Virus record (IMG/VR): IMGVR_UViG_3300032250_000449
Location: 1-64,000 of that record
DNA length: 64,000 nt
Direction: 5' to 3' (one strand)
Source of the DNA: a virus
Taxonomy: Duplodnaviria; Caudoviricetes
Position numbers and translations under genes: made by a program. Below are positions 16,987-27,279 of this stretch, in pieces; within the stretch, counting starts at the first letter, position 1; every line of letters starts with the position of its first letter. The notes under the pieces were generated by a model. It did no database searches and was not told the origin of the DNA. It saw only the letters and a program-made list of their open reading frames with translations.

Positions 16987-17646
16987 TTACTGGTTGAAAG
17001 AACTATCCTTCTCAATGGTAATCCAGTAGTCAATATCTTCGCCAGCGAAATGTGCAAATCCCTTGGCAGAGATGGCAACGTCATAGTCACCGGGTAGAAG
17101 TTTAATATTTTCGGTCAGAAAAATCAAGCTGAATTCGCTTGATGTTTCACCAACTTCAACACGAAATGAAGAGTCTGTAGGATTCTTCACGTTCATGGTT
17201 TGAAGATAAATCTTCTCACGATTACCAGTGACAGCAATTTGTGGTGAACCAAGTTGTCCCGCTGATTTCATCAAAAGTGCAAGAACATCACCATTAAGCT
17301 TGAACTCCACTTCACGTGAAGGAAGATTAATATCCTTATCTGGTGGGATAAGGATCATACTAGGATCAGCATAAATGTAGTTGAACATTCTTGAAACATT
17401 ACCAATCTGTAGATAAAAATCGGTAGGAGTTAGATCAGGATCATCTAGCATCGATACACAACCAAGAAACTGCGATAGATCGTGAATACAGAATGTGGCC
17501 TCGATTTCTGTGTCAAGAGTAGCCTTGGCCATAACATTCTTTGATTCTGACATAGTTTTTAGCGTCTTACCCTGCTTGAACTGAATGCCATTGTTGATCG
17601 ATGAAAAATTACGGATCACCTGTAGGGTCTTTGCACTAAACTTCAT
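16987..17646 (-). CDS. 45: Sliding clamp
   Basis: MKFS..TL..I.NFSSIN, F.I.DL.QFL, EN.KLLPGDY.V.IS. Confidence 0.95.
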   Translation of the reverse strand: MKFSAKTLQVIRNFSSINNGIQFKQGKTLKTMSESKNVMAKATLDTEIEATFCIHDLSQFLGCVSMLDDPDLTPTDFYLQIGNVSRMFNYIYADPSMILIPPDKDINLPSREVEFKLNGDVLALLMKSAGQLGSPQIAVTGNREKIYLQTMNVKNPTDSSFRVEVGETSSEFSLIFLTENIKLLPGDYDVAISAKGFAHFAGEDIDYWITIEKDSSFNQ

Positions 17647-17665
17647 AATATATTACCTTTCAAAA

Positions 17666-18830
17666 TTACTTCTTGAACTTCTTAAGCTGATTCGGATCAG
17701 CAGTAGCAGATGCACCAATTTGTGCAAGGTCTACAAGCGAACCACCAAAGACCATCATACCTACATGCTGTAGCTGCATCCAAGGGCACAACCAAACTTT
17801 CATACCAGCCTTACGTGTCCATTGACAGAACATATAATCTTCTGATAGATAACGATTGGTGTCTGGGCAGATAGGAGTATCAAAGTAAGCCATAATCTGT
17901 CTTGAACCATCAAAATGTTCTGTGCGAACATGATCAGGCGTATAAAGCTGTTGTGGATAAACAGCAGCAAACTTTTCAAAGGTCTGACGACGAATCATCA
18001 TGAAACCAGTACCAGCCTCAAGAACTTCAACAGGCTCACCTAGTGAAATTGAGCCATTTCCACCAGCAGGATTGAAAACATAATCACCTACATACTTTTC
18101 AAGGTTCTGTGGGTTTTCGTCAGCAAATCCCTTATCGACAGCAAGCTTGATCTTTTCCCATGAAATGCACTTCTTAGGATATGGACCGGCAAGAATGTCA
18201 TAATTATCATCATTCTCATTATCGCTCTGTAATGCGAGTAGAGCAATAACATCCTGTGCATTGAAACCGATATCGGAGTCAACAAACATCATATGTGTAT
18301 CACCAGAGCGAAGAAATTCATCGGCGCAATAGTTACGTGCACGAGTGATAAGCGATTCGTTGAACAAGAAGTAGAAACGAATCTGAATGCCATAGTGTGT
18401 GCATAGTGCTGAAAGGTCTGCTACTGAACGTGCAAACATTCCTGTACATTGTCCCTTTAATATTTAATACAATTCGCAACATTGTATCCATGGAGCTTTA
18501 TGTTTCCATAAAGAATAGACTATATCTTCAAACTAATATATTAATTTGTTGGGCGCTTCGGTTATCATTTGCTTATAACCTACTCCATAAAGGATAGTCG
18601 TTGAACCTTCTTCTTTTTTAGAAGCTTGGCTGCTGATTGTCCAATTTCTATTACTTTTTAACATTCGCACTCGTCATTTCTAACCATGCTGTAGTGAATA
18701 GAACTCTAAGGATTTTCCAGCAATTCACCCAATTTTAATACGGCTGATAATGTTAACCGTACATTGGTGCAGCGAAGAAAAGCTTACGCTCACGTAGTTT
18801 TTCAATCGGCACTTTAATTTCAATACCCAT
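17666..18830 (-). CDS. Glycosyltransferase-like (GT-A fold) protein, intron-split: exon1 18756-18830, exon2 17666-18454; 287 aa spliced
   Basis: Splicing restores ...FAAPMYG|GQCTGMF...; NESLITRARN, FVDSDI (DxD), GTGFMMI, LSEDY.FC. Confidence 0.85.
18455..18755 (-). ncRNA. Group I self-splicing intron (IA-like, no ORF), 301 nt
   Basis: P1 TACGGT/GCCGTA with U.G at the splice site; P3 TTGGGTG/CGCCCAA; P AATTGCTGGAAA; Q AATCAGCAG; R TCAACGACTA; S AAGATATAGTC; P9 CTTTATG-GAAA-CATAAAG; terminal G. Confidence 0.93.
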
Positions 18831-18914
18831 AATAATTATTCTCCTTTAATGAAACGACCAGTTTTTGGACATTTTTCTCTATATTTTAACCATTTTACAT
18901 TGTTCACACAATAT

Positions 18915-19538
18915 TTATTCTGAGAGGTTCATAGAAGCGCCAACAGTTGCATATGCAGCAGTTGACTTAGTTAGATCAGCATACATTGCTGTACGTGAAT
19001 TTACATCGTTTAGATCGAAGTTACGAAGCTTACCAGCAGCTAGACCAGAACCAGCATTATAGCGTGTAGCATCAAAGTTTGCACCAAGGAAAATTACTTC
19101 CCATCCCTTAGCAGTTACTTCAGCAACCTTTTCCTTGATCTTTGCCTGTGTGTATTCCTTTGAAGTGTTCTCATCACCATCAGTGAGGATTACAACAACC
19201 GTGCGCTTGGAATTCTTTTCCAACGCAAGATTGATTACATGACCAGCAGCGTCATATAGTGGAGTACCACCAGCAGGATATAGTGAAGAGGCATCAATAC
19301 GATCAAAGTATGCGATATCAGCAGCTTCAGCAAGTGGTACTAGACGAACACTAGAATTACCACCATACATACCATCACTATCAAAAGCAATGATAGTGAT
19401 ATCGCCACTGATCTTTTCCTTTTGAAGACCCTTAACATATTCATTAAGAGAGTCAACAGCATTCGTCCACTTTTCACCTGTCATAGAACCTGAACGGTCT
19501 AGAGCAACGAAAACTGAAAGGTCTTTATTCTTTGTCAT
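18915..19538 (-). CDS. von Willebrand factor A domain protein
   Basis: DRSGSM MIDAS, GTPLYDA, VILTDGDEN. Confidence 0.9.
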   Translation of the reverse strand: MTKNKDLSVFVALDRSGSMTGEKWTNAVDSLNEYVKGLQKEKISGDITIIAFDSDGMYGGNSSVRLVPLAEAADIAYFDRIDASSLYPAGGTPLYDAAGHVINLALEKNSKRTVVVILTDGDENTSKEYTQAKIKEKVAEVTAKGWEVIFLGANFDATRYNAGSGLAAGKLRNFDLNDVNSRTAMYADLTKSTAAYATVGASMNLSE

Positions 19539-19540
19539 AA

Positions 19541-19834
19541 TTAATCCTTTGTTTTTGGATGTTCAAGATCATGAACATGTAGTTGAATTATTGCGTAATG
19601 GATAACTTTCATAAGGTCTTTACGCCACTCATTTGGATCGCCCTTCTTACCATAACGCTGTGTGTACTTCTGCATATTGCCAATACAGAAGCCAGTTCCA
19701 TGGCCACTATCAATAATAAATTCTGTTGCCTGAAATCTGTTTTGTGAATAATGCTGACCATAAGTAGCATCGATATAATCTGAAATTTCCTTCAGAGTTG
19801 TTCCTTCATTGTACTTGTATTCAATATTTTTCAT
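19541..19834 (-). CDS. DUF3310/T7 gp1.7-like putative nucleotide kinase
   Basis: TY.QHY, GFCIGN..KY..RYGKK, DL.K..HY. Confidence 0.7.
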   Translation of the reverse strand: MKNIEYKYNEGTTLKEISDYIDATYGQHYSQNRFQATEFIIDSGHGTGFCIGNMQKYTQRYGKKGDPNEWRKDLMKVIHYAIIQLHVHDLEHPKTKD

Positions 19835-19835
19835 A

Positions 19836-20378
19836 TTATAACCCACCTATTTGGTTCATGAGAATGCGTGTTTCATTTGAAATTTTTGGTAATGTGATAC
19901 CTTTCTTTGCATTCTTCTTGGCTTGTTCAAGATGAATTAAATTAGCCCTCTTGGTATACACTATTCCATTAAGATGGTCAAGCTCATGTTGAAAAACACG
20001 TGCGGTCATACCACTAAACTTTTCGGTAATAATATTACCGTTAGGCTCAGTGTAACGAACACGGATTTCTTGAGGACGTTTAATTTTGACGAAAAGATTT
20101 GGATATGAGAGACACCCTTCTTCAAGAACAATTTGTTCATCGGATGCGGATAGAAGGATAGGATTGAAACAGACAATGATCTTTTCTGCCATCATCGCAA
20201 ATACACGATATGGTAAACCAATTTGGTTTGCAGAAATGCCAATACCACCCTTAGCTAGCATTGTTTCTGCTAGATCATGAGCAAGTTGAATTGGGTCTGT
20301 TGGGGGGTTTTGAAAATCAAACTTATCCAACTCTGTCTTTAGAATTGAATGATTCTTGTCCATTAGATCATGGATCAT
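19836..20378 (-). CDS. def: Peptide deformylase
   Basis: GIGISANQIG, EGCLS, QHELDHL. Confidence 0.95.
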   Translation of the reverse strand: MIHDLMDKNHSILKTELDKFDFQNPPTDPIQLAHDLAETMLAKGGIGISANQIGLPYRVFAMMAEKIIVCFNPILLSASDEQIVLEEGCLSYPNLFVKIKRPQEIRVRYTEPNGNIITEKFSGMTARVFQHELDHLNGIVYTKRANLIHLEQAKKNAKKGITLPKISNETRILMNQIGGL

Positions 20379-20408
20379 TATATACTCCTGTCAAAACTTC
20401 ATTATATA

Positions 20409-20445
20409 TCGCTACTACTATTTATACGACCAATAGTAGTAGCGA
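20409..20445 (-). promoter_or_regulatory. Late promoter TATAAATA (20419-20426) embedded in perfect 14-bp inverted repeat
   Basis: TCGCTACTACTATT-N9-AATAGTAGTAGCGA upstream of def. Confidence 0.7.
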
Positions 20446-20449
20446 CAGA

Positions 20450-20713
20450 TTATTTTTTCTTAATTGCAGTAAAATATGGTGTCCATTCACGATATACAGT
20501 GAATACACCTAGCAACTCAGGCTCATCTTCTGGTTCATCACGCTTCCAAAGATAGAATTCTAGCTCTGTGGCGCTATCCCAATTGCCGTTATCTTCATAC
20601 TCTTTGGCACAATCTTCTATGACGTTAGAGTAATCTTCATAATCATATTGATGGTTCCATTCGAAATAATCATCGAATACAGGATCATCTACTGTGTAGT
20701 AAAACTTTCTCAC
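20450..20713 (-). CDS. Acidic hypothetical protein
   Basis: GTGA overlap with upstream gene. Confidence 0.6.
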   Translation of the reverse strand: MRKFYYTVDDPVFDDYFEWNHQYDYEDYSNVIEDCAKEYEDNGNWDSATELEFYLWKRDEPEDEPELLGVFTVYREWTPYFTAIKKK

Positions 20714-20982
20714 TTGGCAAACTCCAATGATAGAATGCAGTAATTTTTATCAAGAGCAACACTTGATAATGCACATGGGGTATCACGTGATGTGATGTAT
20801 GTAATTTTCATACGTAGAACTTCACCAGTATATTCACCCTTGAAAGGATCATACTCTTCTAGAAAAAGCTCATCACCAACCTTATAATCACGATCAATCA
20901 TATCACGCATATCGTGCTTCTTTTCGCCTCTCTTAAATGCCTGAAAGAAAGGAACCCAACTTTTTACTCTATGCAAAGCCAT
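20710..20982 (-). CDS. ASCH/PUA-like (DUF3850) protein
   Basis: H.VKSW..FF.A...GEK..D.R..DRDYKVGD.L.L.EY. Confidence 0.75.
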   Translation of the reverse strand: MALHRVKSWVPFFQAFKRGEKKHDMRDMIDRDYKVGDELFLEEYDPFKGEYTGEVLRMKITYITSRDTPCALSSVALDKNYCILSLEFAK

Positions 20983-21328
20983 TATCATCATCCTCTGGTA
21001 GATAATCTTCATCTTCATATTCATACTCTGAATAATCTTCTTCAATACATTCGAGAGGATTGAAACCATTAATGGTCGGAAATCCGCCAGTAACTTCTAA
21101 TAGCCAGTTGACCTTCTCTTGATCATCGGAAACCAAAGTGATATGATCTTTAAGAACAGTTCCACTAATTTCAGAATGCTTGCCTAGCACTTCTCCAAAG
21201 TATGCTTCTTTACCAATAGCAGCCGCTACTTCTTCAGGTGTCGCAACAAATAACCCGTCTAGGCTACCCATACGACCACAATCCCAATAAAAACTATATA
21301 GATTTTTCATAATATTATCCTTTACCAT
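20969..21328 (-). CDS. Conserved hypothetical phage protein
   Basis: WDCGRMG.LDGLFVA, YFGEVLGKHSE. Confidence 0.75.
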   Translation of the reverse strand: MVKDNIMKNLYSFYWDCGRMGSLDGLFVATPEEVAAAIGKEAYFGEVLGKHSEISGTVLKDHITLVSDDQEKVNWLLEVTGGFPTINGFNPLECIEEDYSEYEYEDEDYLPEDDDNGFA

Positions 21329-23025
21329 ACTATCCTACTAAAGTTTTTGACTTTCTTAAACTTAATCTCGTGATCGAAACGATCCTTGACACGACTATTA
21401 TGTGAGATAACAAATACGTTAGAGCCTTCCTGTTTATTCAGGATTTCAAACAACGCATCTTCTGCTTCATCATCAGCAGGACCATCACACACTTCATCTA
21501 GAATCAACAAATTTGTTGCCACTGAATTGCGTAGTCTTGCTACTTCACGCCATGTAAACATTAGCGCCAAATCGATGCGAAACTTCTCACCTTCAGAGAA
21601 CGACTCGTATGAGAAAGTATCTCTGAAACGGGACTTTAAAACTTCATTGAACTCTTCGTCAAGGTTAAACTCACACAAAAAGTCCATATCAGCAAGATAT
21701 TTGTTGATCGTCTTGTTAATCACAGGGATATATTGCTGTACAATCTTGGTCTTGATGCCACTGTCCTTAAGGAAAACAGCAGATACGTCAAGGATTTCTT
21801 TTTCTTTCTTTAACTTAGACATTTCATCTTTATGTCCAATTAAATCGATCTTGTCCTTCTCATAATCACTATCATCTTCAATAGTATTTGATGTGTTACG
21901 TAAAGAAACAATTTCATTATTCAATTCTCTGATATTACGATTGTACAGAGAAACCTTCATATTATTATCTTGAATAGAACGATTGAGTTGAGTTATCTGT
22001 GCGTTTGTTGCTTCAATCTGCTTGATACGATTGTTAACGTCCTTAAGCTTTTGTTGAAGGTCGGACACACCACCAGTAATTTCTTCAAGCTTACTACTAC
22101 GCTTTTCAACCACACCACCTTTATAATCAGGGTCAATAGCCTGCTTACATGTAGGACATTCATCATGGTTACTGAAGAAATCAATTTCCTTCTTTAGTGC
22201 ACGAATGCGCTCATTTAATGTTGAACCCATCTCAAGGATTTTGTCCTTGCGTTTTGATACCTTATCTTCGTCAGCAATATCTTCTAGAAGAGTATCAACC
22301 TGTGACTGATAGTCAGTAATATTAATATTTAATTGACAACACTCTGCTTCAAGCTCTTGTATCTTTATCTCTTTCTGAGCAATCAATTCCTCAGTGTTTG
22401 CCTTGAGCGAATCAATATGCTTCTTATGAAGATCGATTTTGTTCTGACAAAGATCAATCGCATATTCTGCATCCTTTATCCTAGTTTTGTTTGCTAAGAT
22501 ATGGGACTTGAGAATTCCGTTCATAACAGAGAAAATTTGAATGTCAAGATAATCTTCTACAATCTTACGTCTATCTGGTGTTGTCAGACGCATAAAAGGA
22601 GTGTAGTTTGCTGAACCAAGCACAACAACCTGAGTGAAAGTCTTATGATTCATTTTGATATGATTTTTTTCAAAATTTTCTTGATCTTCTCTGGCACCTT
22701 CCTTATCTAGAAGCTTGCCATTGCATGTGATATCAAAGACATTTGGCTTCATGCCACGACGAATTTGATATTCGGTGCCATTAATAGTCATGTCTAATTC
22801 CACCAGCAACCCCTTATTGGTGATGGTGTTCATTAGCTGCTTGAGTGTGATATTACGGAATGGCTTATTGAAAAGAACATAACACAATGCGTCAAGAATA
22901 GTAGATTTTCCGCTACCATTCTTGCCAGAGATGAGTGTTAGGTCATTACGGATTAGATCAATTTCGGTAAACTGATTTCCTGATGATAGAAAATTCTGGT
23001 ATCGCAATTTTTTAAAAATTAACAT
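21322..23025 (-). CDS. 46: Recombination endonuclease ATPase subunit (Rad50/SbcC-like)
   Basis: GKNGSGKST, CPTC hook, FSEGEK, LILDE. Confidence 0.96.
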   Translation of the reverse strand: MLIFKKLRYQNFLSSGNQFTEIDLIRNDLTLISGKNGSGKSTILDALCYVLFNKPFRNITLKQLMNTITNKGLLVELDMTINGTEYQIRRGMKPNVFDITCNGKLLDKEGAREDQENFEKNHIKMNHKTFTQVVVLGSANYTPFMRLTTPDRRKIVEDYLDIQIFSVMNGILKSHILANKTRIKDAEYAIDLCQNKIDLHKKHIDSLKANTEELIAQKEIKIQELEAECCQLNINITDYQSQVDTLLEDIADEDKVSKRKDKILEMGSTLNERIRALKKEIDFFSNHDECPTCKQAIDPDYKGGVVEKRSSKLEEITGGVSDLQQKLKDVNNRIKQIEATNAQITQLNRSIQDNNMKVSLYNRNIRELNNEIVSLRNTSNTIEDDSDYEKDKIDLIGHKDEMSKLKKEKEILDVSAVFLKDSGIKTKIVQQYIPVINKTINKYLADMDFLCEFNLDEEFNEVLKSRFRDTFSYESFSEGEKFRIDLALMFTWREVARLRNSVATNLLILDEVCDGPADDEAEDALFEILNKQEGSNVFVISHNSRVKDRFDHEIKFKKVKNFSRIVW

Positions 23026-23028
23026 TTA

Positions 23029-24076
23029 TTAACCCATATACAAAGCTTCAGTGTACAGTCCTGTAAGATATTCGTTAAGCTCTGACTTATCTACTGTAAC
23101 ATCTGAATTGTTTATCACTTTACGTAAAATTGCTAGTGTGCTTTCAGCATCAGTAACATCATCCTCTTCTTCCATATTCAGAACAGTCTTCTGTTCGATT
23201 ATATTAAACTTGAAAGGATTTTGTTCTTCGATCTTGTGAACAAACTGTTCAAAGTTCGTTTCGTTGTCTTTACGCTCGACAACAAGTTTGATGACAGTAC
23301 CAGATAATTCTTCAAAGTCAATATCCATATTTTTGCTGTCATCATATGTAATGATGTGGAACATATGATATGGATTGGGAATAAAGGTCATTTCAAGGGT
23401 GTCTGTATCAAACACGTGAAATCCCTTTTGATCTTCATAATCAGCCCAAGTCATCTCATATGGAGTACCAAGATATGTGATGTTGCCCTTTGAAGAACGG
23501 TGATGATAATGACCAGAATAAACAGCATGGAACTTACTAAAGATATTACTGTCCATTCCCTTGTTCACGATAGAACCACGATGCATCTCAAAACCAGCTA
23601 GTTCTAGGTGCCCAAAGACAACACACTTAGGATCAGCAGCATCAATCATCTTCATGCATTGATCATAATTCTCATCACAAATCCATGGAAGAATTAATAC
23701 AGGAAGGTCTTCAAACGCCCATGAAGTAGGTTTAGAGAATGTACGAATTTTATTATACCCATAGAGAAGACTCTCTTGAGTGTTAATTTTGATGCTATTT
23801 TTGTGAAAGCTATCATGATTTCCCACAAATGTAAAGAGAGTAATATCTCTCTCATCCATCACATCAAAGAAATATTCCTTAGCTAAAGTAAGGGACTTCA
23901 GGTTGATCTGCTTCTTATTATCAAACAAGTCACCAACCTGAAGCACCTTATCAATATTATGCTCTTCTAGATATGGAAAAAATACTTCAGAGTAGAACCT
24001 CTTCATGTGGTCATGAAAATGCCACGAATCACCTCTTACTCCAAAAGTGTGTGTCTCCTAAAATTGCAATTTTCAT
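23029..24076 (-). CDS. 47: Recombination endonuclease nuclease subunit (Mre11/SbcD-like); +1 frameshift at 24043-24046
   Basis: MKIAILGDTHF lies in a different frame from GVRGDS...GDLFD, GNHD, GHYH; one extra T in CAC TTT T GGA. Confidence 0.9.
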
Positions 24077-24145
24077 TAGAGACTACCTCCTTTCATAAAA
24101 TAGTTAATGTTTTGGTACTGGTCCACTTTTGCCCCTTCTAATGAT

Positions 24146-24334
24146 TTATCTTCTTTGCTTATCTTGTTCTTTCTTCCAAGAAGCAAGAGCTTGCTCACAA
24201 TATTCTTTTGTAACTTCCAAAACTTGTGCTCTATTGAACTTTTCATTCTGTGAAGTACGACTATCCTTTAGTGTCTCTACCATTTGTTGTATGATAGCAG
24301 GAACAGAATTAAATCGACTCATTTTCATCTCCAA
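24146..24334 (-). CDS. Small hypothetical protein between genes 55 and 47
   Basis: ORF and position. Confidence 0.6.
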   Translation of the reverse strand: MEMKMSRFNSVPAIIQQMVETLKDSRTSQNEKFNRAQVLEVTKEYCEQALASWKKEQDKQRR

Positions 24335-24869
24335 AAAATTGTTCTAGACCTTTCTTTTTTGCGGTCTTTGTTTTTGATTTCGCTTCATACTTTTCAGATA
24401 ATGCAGACAGTTTATCCATGTCCATTGTCATCATAAAAGCATTAAAGTGAGATTGATCGTCTGGTGACATTTCTACTAACGTATTCATTACGAGAGAATT
24501 TTCCATAGACTTGTATCTGACATACGACTCTTTTTTCTCTTTGTCAATACGTCTTAAAAATGCATAGTACATTATCTGTGTAAAATATGCAAACGGATTT
24601 GTAGATTTGTCTGGATCAAAATTGTGTAAATATCTGAAACAATTTTCAATTGCATCTCCTATCATATCTTCACGATAGGAATAACCGATAAAGTTTCTGT
24701 TTGTTGAAAGATTATTAGCAATCAACCATATACATTTTCCGATATAGTTATTTGCTCTAGGAGGTTCAAGCCCTGCATCCTTAGCTTTTCTATATTCGTT
24801 GATATATTTTATCATCTCTGCGTATAGACGCTTATTATCTACATAGTGTTTATCTTCGTTTGTAGCCAT
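24309..24869 (-). CDS. 55: Late-transcription sigma factor
   Basis: HYVDNK, YIG.C...IA..LS, NPFAYFTQI.Y.AFLRRI.KEK. Confidence 0.96.
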   Translation of the reverse strand: MATNEDKHYVDNKRLYAEMIKYINEYRKAKDAGLEPPRANNYIGKCIWLIANNLSTNRNFIGYSYREDMIGDAIENCFRYLHNFDPDKSTNPFAYFTQIMYYAFLRRIDKEKKESYVRYKSMENSLVMNTLVEMSPDDQSHFNAFMMTMDMDKLSALSEKYEAKSKTKTAKKKGLEQFFGDENESI

Positions 24870-24878
24870 GTTTTTTCC

Positions 24879-25304
24879 TTAGTTAACTGAATCGTTACCA
24901 GAATTGAAATTGCGGATACGAAGTTCTCTAAGTACCTTTTCCATGCTTGTTTCAGCCATAGCCTCATTAAGTTCTTCAGTTGCTTCTTTGATCTGCCTCT
25001 CAATCTTCTTTTTTGTAAATTCTCTGGCAAAGATGATTGCTTTTTTATAATATTCAATCATTATTTTTGATGCTGAATAATATGTTATAACTGACTTACA
25101 TGGAATTGTTATAAATTCCTCATCTGACAATAACATACTATCACGTAACTTCATAGTAACAGCGCCATAACCGTCATAACCATCAACAATTGTCATTGGT
25201 CCTGTAATGTTAAAATATTCTACGTTGTTCTTTGAAGTTTCGTCTTCGCTATCAAGTGCTCCGATAATTTCTTCTCCTGAAATAAGCTTAAATACATAAA
25301 TCAT
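24879..25304 (-). CDS. Conserved T4-like hypothetical protein (Sm-like)
   Basis: KLISGEEII; position between uvsW and 55. Confidence 0.7.
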   Translation of the reverse strand: MIYVFKLISGEEIIGALDSEDETSKNNVEYFNITGPMTIVDGYDGYGAVTMKLRDSMLLSDEEFITIPCKSVITYYSASKIMIEYYKKAIIFAREFTKKKIERQIKEATEELNEAMAETSMEKVLRELRIRNFNSGNDSVN

Positions 25305-26782
25305 TTCAATTTTACCTTATATATTTTATAATCAAATTTTTCTTGATCATAGATGTTAACACGCTCTTCGAAGTGTTTTAGAGCAAAATTTTTGTTTGCT
25401 CCTTTAGTGAGGTTATCAACGATATCGTATAGATAAGCCTCATCTTTGTCTTTGTGTTGTCTTAGCATACGACCAATTGATTGAAGCACTTTGATCTTAG
25501 ATTTTAATGGACCAGCAGCAATCATATGGTGTAGTTTTTTAATAGAAACGCCCGTACTGGTAGTTCCTAATGATGCAATAAGAATTGCATTCTCTTCGTC
25601 TTCCATTGCTTTACGAATGGCTTCTCTATCTTTCACATCACCATCAATGTAAAAAGCGTTACTGTGATCTTTCAGAGCATCATAAAGAATTTTGCCATGA
25701 TCGACCAAACGGAAGAACAATAGTTTATTACCCTTCAGAGATAGTGCCAAGTTCTTAATAAACTTGGTTCTGTTGTGGTAATTGATCAAAAATTCCACTT
25801 CTTCTGAATAAGTCTTTTTTCTATTTTTTTGTGCGACCGGATCAAAAATAGGCTTATGGAATTCTTTGATAACGTCATCGGGATATTCAAGGACGATACA
25901 TTTTATTTTAATGTCTGATGCATGTCCTTGATCGATTAATTCTCTTGTTGTAGTTGTAACATGTGGAGGACCAAATAGACCTTCAATCGTGGCCTTATTA
26001 AGTTCAATGTTATCTAGGGTACCTGTTGTACCAAATCTGTATGGAGTGTTTTCCATGGCAGATAATATTTTAATGAGAGAGGTTGCTTTGCAACCGTGCG
26101 CTTCGTCACCAAAAACAACTTTGAATTGATCATACCATTGCTTGGGCATGGTAGATTTTCCGTTTTCAAGCGACTGCCACGTGGTAATAACAATATCCGC
26201 ATCAATGTTATTGTTTTTTTCCAACCCGCCTATAGAGGTTGCAATCTTTCCTTTGAAACCATATGAGCGAATGTCATCTTCAAACTGTGATACCAGACCA
26301 GTTGAAGGAACAATGATAAGAGATTTTTGTTTGTACCACGTTGCAATCAGGTATATCATAAATGATTTTCCTGATGATGTTGGTGATATCAACGTTCTTC
26401 TGCGAGTTCTTAAACACTTTACAACAGCTTCGACTTGATAGTCTCTTGTCTCAAGCCAATCTGGAAGCTCTAAAGATTCGATGTGTTCTAAGACTTCATT
26501 AACAGAAACATTATCATAAGTCATTTCTTTATCAAAAGAAAAACTATATCCAATGCTATCACAGTATTTTTTTATACGAAGAGCAAGACCAGCATAAACA
26601 AGCCCTGTGAGAGTGTTTACTAATCTTATATCACCATTCCATATTCTTGCTTTGTATTTTGGATGATATTTATAATTTTCAGCTTTATATGTAAGTATAT
26701 CGGATAATTCCATTAATATACCGGGATCGGCTCTTACTCTACAATGAACGTCATTTATGTATTCAAGATGTACATCAGTCAT
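25301..26782 (-). CDS. uvsW: DNA helicase UvsW
   Basis: RDYQ, PTSSGKS, DEAH, TGT, QSIGR.LR. Confidence 0.95.
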   Translation of the reverse strand: MTDVHLEYINDVHCRVRADPGILMELSDILTYKAENYKYHPKYKARIWNGDIRLVNTLTGLVYAGLALRIKKYCDSIGYSFSFDKEMTYDNVSVNEVLEHIESLELPDWLETRDYQVEAVVKCLRTRRRTLISPTSSGKSFMIYLIATWYKQKSLIIVPSTGLVSQFEDDIRSYGFKGKIATSIGGLEKNNNIDADIVITTWQSLENGKSTMPKQWYDQFKVVFGDEAHGCKATSLIKILSAMENTPYRFGTTGTLDNIELNKATIEGLFGPPHVTTTTRELIDQGHASDIKIKCIVLEYPDDVIKEFHKPIFDPVAQKNRKKTYSEEVEFLINYHNRTKFIKNLALSLKGNKLLFFRLVDHGKILYDALKDHSNAFYIDGDVKDREAIRKAMEDEENAILIASLGTTSTGVSIKKLHHMIAAGPLKSKIKVLQSIGRMLRQHKDKDEAYLYDIVDNLTKGANKNFALKHFEERVNIYDQEKFDYKIYKVKLK

Positions 26783-27216
26783 CAGTTGCCTTCTTGGAAT
26801 TTCATATAATCGATTGCGTTCTTTATTTGAAAGCCACGATTAAATAGGTTTTTGATAATAGATTCGAGTAGAGAGACTTTTTCATACTGAACACCAATCT
26901 TCAATGTCAGTTGAATAACATCCTTGTCTGCATCAATATATTGTTGAACATCAGAACGAATGATCTTGCCGATTGCAGGAAGTTCCCAACCCTTTTCTTG
27001 CGTTTCATTTGTTGGTCCTTGAGTATAGAATTCGTGTTTTTCCAACTTAAGAACCTTTAAATCAGATTCATACTTGCGAAGTGCGATTTTTTCGTTAGTA
27101 TATATTTCGGAGTATTTTTGATGGAGAGAAGAAATCTTTAAAGATTCTTCTCCAAGGTCCATACGATCAATTTTACTGTCTTCAGCCCATAGTGCGTAAA
27201 TCGAATCAAGTTTCAT
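26782..27216 (-). CDS. uvsY: Recombination mediator UvsY
   Basis: W.EDSKID, LHQKY, YIDAD, RGFQIKNAID. Confidence 0.92.
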   Translation of the reverse strand: MKLDSIYALWAEDSKIDRMDLGEESLKISSLHQKYSEIYTNEKIALRKYESDLKVLKLEKHEFYTQGPTNETQEKGWELPAIGKIIRSDVQQYIDADKDVIQLTLKIGVQYEKVSLLESIIKNLFNRGFQIKNAIDYMKFQEGN

Positions 27217-27250
27217 AATATAACCTTTAATGTCTTTAGTAATTGACGTT

Positions 27251-27279
27251 AATATATCAATCTTTTACTTAAATGTCAA
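27251..27279 (-). promoter_or_regulatory. Sigma70-type promoter for uvsY-uvsW operon
   Basis: TTGACA-N17-TATATT. Confidence 0.7.
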
